A stretch of DNA of 64,000 nucleotides, from assembly GCF_028641065.1 (NCBI RefSeq), contig NC_073407.1, positions 19,840,001-19,904,000 of the forward strand, in the 5' to 3' direction. The first letter of the stretch is position 1; every line of letters starts with the position of its first letter. Shown in pieces: positions 13,301-25,300 of the stretch. The stretch is from Leucoraja erinacea (lineage: Eukaryota). A program made the position numbers and the translations under genes. The notes under the pieces were generated by a model, which made no database searches, was not told where the DNA came from, and was given only the letters and a program-made list of their open reading frames with translations.

Positions 13301-16300
13301 ACACCTTTATTCTGATGAAGTAGCCAGATTTCCCCTGTATCCTACACTTTAACACTTGCACTCAGCTTGGAGCAGAATTGCTTCCATTCGAAAGGGGAAT
13401 AAGGTGAATTTTCTGATACTGTATGAAAGTTTAAAAGCCAGAGCAACAGGCTGCCAAATTACTGTGTGCTTTATATACTGTCACCTGACACTCACATTGT
13501 TGCAAGGAAGGTTATGCAGGTTGAAGACAACCCTCTTTTCAACTCTCAAAATATTTTATCTAAAATAATGTCATAGTGATACAATGTGGAAACAGGCCCT
13601 TTGGTCCAACTCCCACACCGGCCAAGGATGTCCCAGCTACACTAGTCCCACTTTCCTGCGCTTGGTCCATATCCCTGTAAACCTGCCCTATCCATGTACC
13701 TGTCTAATTGTTTCTCTAGCAGCTTGTCCATACACCCACCACCCTTTGTGTGAAAAAGCTACCCCTCGGATTCCTATTAAATCTTTTCCCCATCACCTTG
13801 AACCTATGTCCTCTGGTCCTCGATTCCCCTACTCTGGGCAAAAGACTCTGTGCATCTACCCGATCTGTTCCTCTCATGATTTTGTATACCTCTGTAAGAT
13901 CTCCCCTCATCCGCCTGCGCTCCATGGAATAGAGACCCAGCCTACTCAACCTTTCCATATAGCTCACACCCTCTAGTCCTGACAACATCCTCAAAAATTT
14001 TCTGAACCCTTTGAAGCTTGACAATATGTTTCACATAACCTGGTGCCCAGAACTTGTCTGAGAAATGTCTTAGAAATTGTATAATGCAACAAGTGAAGGA
14101 GAAATGCATAATTCAGCAAAGACTCCACGTGTCTTATGGAATGCCCTGTCAGCGAAGACTTCTCGACTTATTGTCAAGGTAAGCATTTGAGAAAGGCGCT
14201 TAACAGGTTCTCGCAATATCCGTTGGATGACGGATGCAGAAATGCGCTCAAAACAAATGTAAAACTTGTCTGAAGAAAACTTATGATTCTGTCCAGTATT
14301 GCTTGGATTTTGCATATTTGGTTAAAAAATTGTTAATGTCTCAATTTGCTCTTTTCTTTCAAAGAACTTTCAGAAGCACATGATAGGGACACGCCATCAT
14401 CAGAGACTCTTGGAGATTCAGCAGATGAGTAATGCTTGTATGTCCACATTAATTCCAGCGACAAGCTCGGTGGGAAGAAGCAGAGAAAGGTGGGTGCAAT
14501 TGCTGGAGATTGATAACTTGGACAGAAAGAAATCTCAAGTGTTGAATTATGTATAATCTTCAGCACAAACATATTACTCAGGTTAATTGTTCAAATGCCG
14601 GTTTTATATTCCGAAGACTCTTTCTACCTCACTTTTGAATCTTGCAACTATATAATTTTAATTTTCTATCCTGTATTTATTTAGCATTCCCTAAATATTC
14701 CAGTTGTGTCCAAACACTCCCCACTCCCACTAAAGCAATTTTTGAAAGGTGAGATCAGGTAAAATCTGCAGGACTGGATACCCCAGCCAGTTCTAAGTAA
14801 CCCTTTCTTGCTTTACAGTGACAAAAAACGACCCAGATGGTGCAGTACCTGCCAGGGTCATTTCAGAGGGAATATAATTGAACACCGCAGGACACAGACA
14901 CACAAGGTAGACAGAAAATCTTTCCACAGTTATTGCTTGTGTTGTACTACCATTTGATGAGTGTCGTTAAGTTAAAAGTTAGTTTTCCTTTTGAATATTG
15001 AGAGTTCCTCTGAATCTTTGGACTAACATTTCAGGTGTTAACGAATCTTGTGCATTTAAAGCATTTTCTGTCTTGCTTTTGTTGAAATATGCTTAAATAT
15101 TTTTACTACAAGAAAATATCCTCAAAACATTTTGGGTTGCATCATCATGAGTCAAGTCAAGAATGTTCTATTATCGTTTGTCCCAAAACAGAACAATGAA
15201 ATTCTTACTTGCAGCAGCACAACAGATATGTAAACATAGTTTTATGTAAATACCATGACAAATAATAATGGCAGGAGTGAAATGAGAGTGTAGCCAGGGT
15301 GGTCTGGGTCTCTGATGCTACCTGCCTTTTTGAGGATACGACGCTTGTAGATCTCTGTAGCTGGAGGGCAGGTCAGTACCCGTAATGGACTGGCAGTTTA
15401 GAGATACACTGCAGAAACAGGCCCTTTGGCCCACTGAGTCTGTATGCAACACTATGTCAACCAGCGATTCCTGTACGCAACACTATCCTACACACACTAG
15501 GGGCAATTTACAATTTTACCAAGCCAATTAGCCCACAAACCTATCCGTTTCTGGAGTGTGGGAGGAAACCGGACGGAGCTCCCCGAGATAACTCACACAA
15601 GTCACGGGGATGTTCAATAAGTTTTCCTTATCAAAGGTGAACAAATCTAGAAGATGGAGTTTAGGGTAAGGGGTAAGAGATTTGGAGGAAATCTGAGGAG
15701 AAGCTTTCTGCGAAAGAGTGATGGGTTGTACTGCCAGATAGAATGCTGAAAATGGTCGCTGACAGTATTTAAGAAATGTCCACACAAGCACTTCAATCGC
15801 CTAGGCATTTAAGGCTATGGGCCAAATGCTGAAAGATGGGATTAATAGGGATGGCTTCCCACTGGTTGGTACGGGCATGATGGTCTGAATGGCCTGTTTC
15901 CATGCTGTAATACGCTATCCTGTTAGAATTGCGAAGGGTGGTGTGGGACTACTTTGATCCCGATTCCCTGTAAATTATCATTGTAGAAAAATAATAAAAT
16001 GATTTGTTAAAAAGCCTCCTACTTTGAAAATTATGATACTGCTGTTGGATTTGATGCTCATACTTGTGTGTAGTACTGGAAAAAACAAAGCACAAAGTAC
16101 TGAAGTAAATGAGCAGATTAGGTAGCATCTCTGGGGAACATGTATAGGCGATGATTCAAGTCGAGACCCTTCAGACTGATTGTAATGGTACTGGAATCTG
16201 TTTAAGTCAGAGGGTCACTCGGGGAAGGGAAGTCACAACTGAAGGACTTTTATTTTCATCATGTCATAATGCCCAGCTGTACAAAACAATTTGACGGCCC

Positions 16301-19300
16301 ATACGTTGTTTTGAAATTTGCTCTGACACTATTTGTGTATATTCTTTCCGGGTTGTTGGTGCAGTGGTGCATGCATTATCTTTAATTTCGAGATGGATGT
16401 AGCCCCAGCCAAAACGACATGAGTAGTATAATAATCAAGAAACGGCCACTCCATTTCTTTTGTGCTTCATTTAAATTTTTAAAAATTGAAACCACTAGGC
16501 AAATCCCGTCCCATGCTGCAGCTACGTCATTTATGTTCTCTGTTTCTCACTAGCTTTCTAAGTACTCTCTGCGGCCTTTCTGCACTGTTTGCAGCAGACA
16601 TTTCAAAACCCCCCGCAAGTTTGTGGAGCACATGAAGTCGCCAGAACACAAGCAGAAAGTGCAAGAGGTACAGTAACCTTTTATCAAAGCTTTTCACTTG
16701 TTTCCACAGTGGGATTTGTGGGACATTTTTAGGTCGATTTACTTTCATGCATTTGGAATAGCTATTCCTGTGCCCTAGAGCAGTGCAGATGAATTACAGC
16801 GTTCAATGGCAACATTTATACGGAACCTTCAATGAATTGAAACTGAAATGGGGCTTCATAATTGTGTTATTGAATACATTTTTACCAATGAGACACAAGA
16901 TGATGTTAGAACAGCTGAACAAGTGACGTCTAAGAGATGAGTTTTATAAATTATCGTAAAAAAATAATAGTGTTATAGTATATTATGGATGTTTCAGAGC
17001 TTGGATGAGTGGAAAAACAGATTGGCAGAGACTGGGTGTAAAATCAGGCATGTGCAAGAAGCAGGGAGTTCTTGAATGGATGTAGGAGCAATTGAGATTG
17101 CAGATAATTAGGAGGACCAACATCATGAAGTGACTTGAATACTTGAGCAATGAGGATTTTCAATTTGAGGTTTTGCTGTCTTAGGACGAGTGTAAAGGCA
17201 ATGACCAAGGTGCTTTGTGATGATTGGACTGTTATCCATGACTTGCCTAGAGACCATTGAGATACTTATCTGAAAAATGTCTTCATTTGGACATGTTCTT
17301 TAAGATCCCACTTTTGCACTTGGACTTGGTTTTGTCAGCTTTAGAAAGTTCTGTGTTCAACTCCATACCCAGAGTAGGCTAATATTTATGTGCAATGCGT
17401 TATTTTAATAGACCTACGTTCTTATTTGCATAGTCAAATGGATGTTAAAGCTGAAAAGTATTGCATTCAGCTGACTCTGAGCCCAAATGGCAGATTTCAA
17501 TCATAATCAAGTGCTGTTTGTATGGAATTTGCACCTTTTCACTGTGACTGCGTTGATTTCTTCCAAGTTCTTTGGTATTCTCCCAGACCCCACACTGTAA
17601 TTTGCCTCTAGTGTGGAGATGTGTAGTATCTGGGGGTGTTGAAGAGAATGTTTAGAACATTTTTTTAAATGGGATTAATGTAGCATTACTGAAATATGAG
17701 TAATTCTGCAGTTTGATTGCAGGGTTGATGGACCTGTTTCTTTTCTGTAATGCTCAATGACTCTTGTTATAATCTTTTTAAACAATGCTCCTTTCTCCTG
17801 CTAAAAAGATAGAAATTATGCACATTTCCTTCTGACCCCAAGATCAACAGGCGTGTTTTGGCTGAGTAGGTCTAACTATTTGGAAAGATTGCACCAATCC
17901 ATGTCCTGCTTTAGAGGCAGCCAGATGAACTTAATTTACTTAAGAACTTTTTTGGTTATAAACTCAGCTCATTTTCTGAAAACTTACAAACAAAGTATAC
18001 TAAATACAGTTTGGTATTACTTATTTTTATTGACTGTCCAAAAATGGCTCTTCCAGATAGCTGTTTGGGATGCAAATATCTAAGCGTGTAAATAAAAATG
18101 TTTGTTCTTAGACACAAAAAGCTGGAGTAACTCAGCGGGACAGGCAGCAGCATCTCTGAGGATGGAACCCAGGTCTCTGGCGCTGTAAGGCAATAGCTCT
18201 ACCACTATGCCACCGTGCTAATTGTAATGTATATAATCTGTGAACAAAAGGTAGAATTAATTATCTGTATCTTTAATAGAACAATATTTGTGCCGGAATA
18301 GGTCATACTTGTTATTCTCAACGATATCCAAGATGTAAGCTCCCTTGCATTAATTTTAAACAATTATTTGGCGGGATGTCACATTAGAACGTTCGAGGTA
18401 GGAATAGCCCATCCCGCCCCAATGGTCTACTGTGCTATCCTGTAAGATCATGTCTGATTTTGTTTTTGCTTTAACTCCAGTATCTGCGTTAACCCAACTA
18501 CGTTGATTTCCTTATTATCTATGTCTATCATTCTCTGCCTTGAATGTGCTTGGGGACTGCCTCCATCTACTTTGGAGAAGAATTTTAACGGGTTTATATT
18601 GCTATTTCATGAGTGGAGAGATTTTTCATCTGAGTGCTGAATGCCCAACCCTTCGTACTGGTCCTTTCAGATCTTTTCAAGAAGTATGAAGGACTTGATG
18701 AGATCACTTTCAGAGCCATCTTAAATCGGTATTCCCACATTGCACTGCAATTTGACAAATGAATTTTTTATGAGACCTGTTCACAGGATGGTTAAACAAC
18801 ATTGCTGGGTGTCAGGAGTCGCCTCGGCAAAACCAAGCAATGGTAGACATCCCTTCTTAGACATTAACAAATTATTTATTAATTATAATTTAATAATTTA
18901 TGCAATGGCAGATTAATGCTCGCCTTGATTGATGTTGCAAGATTTCGATCACAAATTTAATTGACTGTCTTTAAAATCTTTTGCAACCGTTACATTTATA
19001 TTCATGTCCCTATATCATTGGTACATTAAAAATAACAAAACAAGTATCTTATAGGAGAGCATCTCCACCAGTGATTTTTCGTAACTCATTCTGGTATCTC
19101 CGGACACATCCAAGGGTTTGTCCCTTGCTCCCTCTTCTTCTTTCTCCTGTCCCAAGGCAGAAGCATCGAAATATTTCTGCCTTTAAAACATTTCAAAATC
19201 TTGCATTTGTGTTGATGAACCTCTTCTCTTGACTTTTCCATACATAGGTAGTGTCAACTGCTAATGCAAAGTCCAAATATGGACAATTCATTTAAAAACT

Positions 19301-22300
19301 GGAACTATCTAAGCCACATAATTGAGAGTTGGAAGGGACAGGAAGGGTGGATGGGTTGATACTTGGGGAAGGTTTTCAGAAAATATACACATTTGAGATT
19401 TAGGCGGGTATACCACTTCTTTATGTTCAACACCCTGTGTAATTGTACATTGTTAAATTGCATTTGTTGCCAGGTTAAATTGCAGCGCAGCTCCCTGGAT
19501 AAAGATCAGGCTGGACAAGATGATCCAGAGGACATGATTACTGTTGATGCAGTTGGTTGCTTTGATGAAGATGATGAAGAAGGAATGACCGAGGGTGACG
19601 ACTGCGATTCTGATAGTTTAAGTGATAGTGATTCTCAGGTTTGTCAATATGCTGCCAGAACGGCTTGCAATTCCTCATTCCGTCATGTTTAAATAACAAT
19701 TGTTATTCAATACAGTATGGATGATGAAGCTATATCTTTAACTGTTCTATTACTGTTTTTTATGGAGTTAATCTTTACAACTCTAATGAAATCATTTGTC
19801 ATGGAAGATACATTTTTGTTTTAATGTGTTACTACAGGTACTCATTTGTACAGTATTGCTAATATATTAAAGGATTTTCCCCACATTATCAAAGTTTGAT
19901 ACCAACTGTATAAAATGAGGCAAGGGCAGATGACCAAACATCGTATGAAGGAGATTTTAAAGAGTATCTTAAATGAGGGTAGAAACTAAAGTTTAGAGAG
20001 GGATTTTTATAAATTGGGAGCCAGAGAATGGACAGAATAGCAATCATTGCCAGTGTGAAGAAAATAGGGTATGTGCACGAGCTTAAAGTCCCAGGCAGAC
20101 AGAGCCAGAGTATATTGCATAAATGGGAAAGGTGGAAGAGATGGAAGGATTTTTTTAATTAAGATGTTGAGAGATGAGTAGCAGTTAGTCTAGATTAGCA
20201 AATTATTTGGTAGGAATTGTCAATTCATTTTTTTTTTCAGGAAGCAAAGGAATTGCAGTAATAAAATGCAGCTCTAAAATAATGTAGATTACCAGCTAAA
20301 ATTGCTAAATACTCAATCGGGGTAATTGAAACAAATTTCACAAACTCTGAACAGATTGGAGGTTAAGAATCACAAAGATTGGCAGTCGTGTGACATGGTA
20401 CTGCTGAAAGGATAGCTTATTTGGAGATTGAAACCTATTGAGAAAGGGGATTGCTACTTATTTTTTTTAATTCCCTCATAAGAGGGAGAAGAAACACATA
20501 AAGGCCCTTTAGTTAGGAAATTAACAGTTAACCTGGTAGAGGTAATCTTAAACAACCTCAGCATGGATTGTAAGTTTTGGCCCAACTCACCCATGCTGAC
20601 CCAGTTGCCTACCTGAACTAGTCCCATTTGCCGCATTTGGCCCATATCCCTCTAAACCTTTAGATGGACACAATAAGCTGGAGTAACTCAGCTGGTGAGA
20701 GAGCATCTCTAGAGAAAAGGAATAGGTGACGTTTTGGATCGAGACACTCCTCAACCTAAAACATCGCCTATTCCTTTTCTCCAGAGATGCTATCTGACCT
20801 GACTTGTCTGACCCCCCCCCCCCCCACCTCAAAAATTATGCCCTCTGGCTTTGCTTGACATCTATGAAATAACATGGTATTTACAATTTCTTGAATAAAT
20901 GTGTATTTTAGAATGGGGGAGAAAAAAAACCCATCTGCTTTGTATATTTAGACCTTGATGTCAGAATACCGGAAGGAGCCATATGATACAGAGACTGTAT
21001 ACGGTGAGTACTGAAAAAGTAATGTTGATCAGTGCTTTTCTTCATTAAACCCTAATAAATTCACCCAAGTAAGGCAAACTTAATAATGAAGACTGGGAAA
21101 ATCACACAAATGTTAGTTTTTAATTTAATGAAATGTTCCACATTTTCTACACTGGATTTTTTGTAATATATCCAATGTAAGAAATCAAGGAATCTTACAT
21201 TATCATATCAGATAAGCACCAAGTAAAGAGAAGTTCAGGATTGGTGACAGAAGCGTTCAGCTGGAAGTATAGATTTTGAACAGGATCCCAAAGAGAATGA
21301 TATAAAGTTGACTACAATTCCATAATTAAAAACCTGGATGGATGGGGCCATGGCTGATGGTGGTAGATGGAAAGAAATAAGGATCAGAGAATTATCGGAT
21401 TCAAAGAAGTTGCACAAATACAAGGGAAATGCCATGGCTAGATATGTATGAGGTTCACGTTAAGGAGTCAAAATGAAACCCCCATGTGACAAATGGTTGG
21501 TTTGGTCTGAGATATTGCCAAGGGGAGTAAATAACCAGTGAGGACAATCATGTTGGGATGATGGTGCCAGGTTTGAAAGGAAGCTCAGTCTGCATTGCTA
21601 GCTGATGATGTCATCTGCTTTCTGATCTTCCTTGGCGTGTGAGCAGTTTGGTACAAATAGGATTGTCAAAACTACTGGGTCTATATGGTGCATCTGAAGA
21701 GGACTGTGGAACTGGGAAAGTACCTCAAGGAAAATATGGGTTCAGGATCGGGCTAGAGAACAATTATGGGGAAAGTTTAGCTTGGTGGATACGTAGAAAA
21801 AGGAAGGAACAGAATAATTATTTTGCCCTCAGTTTAAAGAACGATAATGAACTGTTTTGCCAGGCAACACAAATTGATCTAAAGAGGTGCATTGGGAGTT
21901 AAAACAAAATAGATTATTTGTGTTTTCAAATTGAGTTGTGATATTATACTTGTTTCTAGAAGGCTGTTATGCACTGTGATTATCATCACTGGTTTTAAAT
22001 GGTTGCTGTTAGTCTGATTACCCCCATGCTGTATTTTTAACAAGATTTTAATCTATTAAATTATGGACACGATTTGGCATCAATTATGATAACTCAAACT
22101 TTCTGCATATAAAGAGTTTGTTCTGATCTCAGATGTACAAATCCATTGCACACATCTGCCCTCAGATTTGTTAATTTAATTTAGCAATTAAAGAATAGTA
22201 GAATAATAGATTGTAAAAGGACTGGTGTTATAATGAGCCATAATTTGGGGGGGGGGGGGGGGGGAAAGAAGGGAGCAGATAGGTATACTGTCTTGATATA

Positions 22301-25300
22301 AATAAGAGATGCATTTTGTGTGCATGGATTGATAGGTGGTTTATTATTGTTAGCGTGCAAAATAGGAAAACTTAATTAAAAGTAAAGTGTGAAGGCTTAG
22401 GTGTCTCATCCCCATTTCAACACATTGAAACCATTTTTTTAAAATCCTTTTTATCCTTTTTTTCGGAGCTTCTTGGTTTAGATTATGATAGCATCCACTG
22501 ACAGGATAGACATGCCCATCTGCCTTCTCCAATTACTGTATTCCTCTAAATTGTTTCAGTAATTGTTTGGACTAATCTGCAAATAGAACCAGAGACATCC
22601 TATCCTAAATGCCTTTATGTCAGTCCGGATAAATCTCTTTCTGTGATAAACATTACTATTCCTCTGCCATTTTCCAAACTTCACTATTTTGCATGAAAAT
22701 GACAAGGGTGATGTCTCCCTGAAAATATTGTCAACTTAGAAATAATCAGTCTTCATTCCTCGGGCCTGTACCCTGCCATTGAGCTGGATTGTGATTGAAC
22801 TTGCGTTTCACTCCATTTTTCATCTTTTATTTTATCCTTCAATACATGATTTAAAAAACCTGTCTGTCCCGAATGTGAACATTTCAATGGAGCTCCACTG
22901 TCCACCGTTTCCCTGGGGGAACAAATTCCAGATGTGAAGATGCTAGTGAATTGAAATTCCCTGATAGCATTAATACGATCTTTTGTTCAAGATATTTCCA
23001 CGAGAAGAAATAGTCACTGCAATTACTCACATCTTAATTTTTAAAAAATATCTTGAGTATGTTACCCGTCAACTTTCTAAACTCGAGAATACAGATGAAC
23101 TTTGTCCATAGCCTCATATTTTAATCATTTCAGGCACAACGTCAAAGCTCCATCTTTGTATTTTGCCTTTACAAGTCCTTTTCTTCGAATCCCAAATTTA
23201 TCCAATTAGTTTTTTATAAAATGCTATTTCAGATTGGAAAGCTGGCCAGAGAAAGTAATCCGACCTATTCCTTTGCTCCATAGATGCTGCCTCGCCCACT
23301 GAGTTTCTCCAGCATTTTTGTCTACCGTTGTTTTAATTATCGCTTTTGACACCTCGGACATTGAGTTCATACACCAAACAGCAGAACCTTTAAAAACAAG
23401 TTTAAATGGGCCATGTTTTTCCAAAGTTCAGTCTTTTCCATTCAATTTAAAATATATAGATTGCCTTTTTTAAGTTATTTAGAAACGGTTGATTACAAAC
23501 AATATATTCCAGTTCTGATTGTTATTCACCTGTTGCTGAGCCTACCCCAAGTGCCTAGTTATATCTAGTGCAGATGACTAAATTGGTTCTTGTACTAAAA
23601 CAATATGTATCCATAAAATAATTGTGACTTTCCATTATATTACCATGAAAGCCTTTCACTATGCACCTCCATTTATCTCTGAATCTGGAAGTCGATTTAC
23701 TTTTATGGATCGCCTTACTTCATAATGCTGATTGTGCCAATTTTCTGTTAATTATTATACAGTTAAATTTTGTTTTTTAAAGTAAATATTGTGTGCAATT
23801 CCGTGTTTACTTTTGGTTTGTGTGCTTTTATGATTAGGGCACATTCAATGTAACTTAGTGATCGTCTTGGTTCCCCTCTCCTCCACAGGCCAGCAATATG
23901 TGGTCCCTGTGACAGGTTTCCTCTGCAAGCTGTGTCATAAATTCTACCATTCTGAGTCCACTGCCAGATTTACCCACTGCAAGTCACTGATGCATTTTCA
24001 GAACTTTCAGGTGAGATGGTTGTTCCATTAAGTGGCCAATATTTCATTTTCTTTCTCTCCTCGCTATCTTTATCATCTCTCAACCCACCTAGTTTCTTTA
24101 CCTTTCTTTTCCATCTTCTTTTTTAATCCACCTTTCTTCTTACTACCACCCTTTCTCACCCCCATCCCTAATACACCCCCTTCCTTCCTGGGCCCTTTCT
24201 CCAGGGCTTCTCTCTTTCTGTGCTTTCCAATTATGGTGTTTAGCGTAGTCTCAGGCTTGCTTTAAAGTCCCTTCACTTCTACCAAATGTACTTCAGTAAG
24301 CAACTAGAATTTTCCCAGTTTAAGGAAATGTACCTGAAGTATTTAATCTCCCTGGGGTGCTGTTTGATCAAGCATTTAATCATCCATGTTGTGTTGGTGA
24401 AAATGTACCATGCAGTTTTAAGTTTTGTCCTATTCAGCGTACCTCTCTTTAACTGGTCAAAATGAGAATGAAGTGGTTTATATTTGGAAAATCAATCATT
24501 TTAATAGCTCCAAACTAGATGGGAATACCATGTTTGCGAACTTTGTTCCATTGATTTAAATGAAAGAATTTTATAGACATGATTCACCAGAAATAAAACA
24601 GTTGAAAATTTATAATTGAGGTACTGCCACCCAGAAATGCTGTGGAATCAATGTGGGAAAGGACACGGGCATTGGGGCACATTGTTTGGCAAACTAGGTT
24701 TGCTTTGCATCTATCCTTTTGCTAGATCTGGATGCATTTAATGTTGTTACCGATCCCTCAATGCAAAATGCTAATGAAGAGGTATTGATAATGTATCCTC
24801 GCGAAGGAAAATTGGAGCAAGTCTGTGACCTGTTAAGCATTCATTTTCTATTGAGCTTTGAAGGTTTAAATTATGGCTACTGTGCTATTTGTTTTACATT
24901 TAAAGTAATGTATAATGGCAGTCCAATTGTCATCTTATGTTTCTCATTTATTTGAATCCTTTTCACTAATTTGTAATCTGTCGTCATGCAGTTATTGTTT
25001 GCTGGACTGCAAGCTGCTTGCTTTACCTACTAATTCTTGGGGTTTCGCATTTCTCTTTTCCATCTTAATATAGCAGCATATGTTTCTTGACGTGTTAATT
25101 GTTCTATAGAAAGTAATGGAGCAAAAAGTTTCGTTGTCACTTTTGTCGTTCAATTTCGAGCTGACTAACTAAATGTAATTATATTGGATTTGTTTTTGCT
25201 TGGAATGGATTAGATGCAACAAAGGTACGAAGCTGTACAGCTGCAAATTTTCTTAACAGTTTTTTGAAAAATTCAATGACATTAAGTCGCATAATTGGAA

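Noticed and set aside
13020-13380. Unique higher-complexity intronic segment with overlapping minus-strand ORFs
   Set aside because: No recognisable protein, splice structure or RNA fold; CIZ1 phase closes without it.
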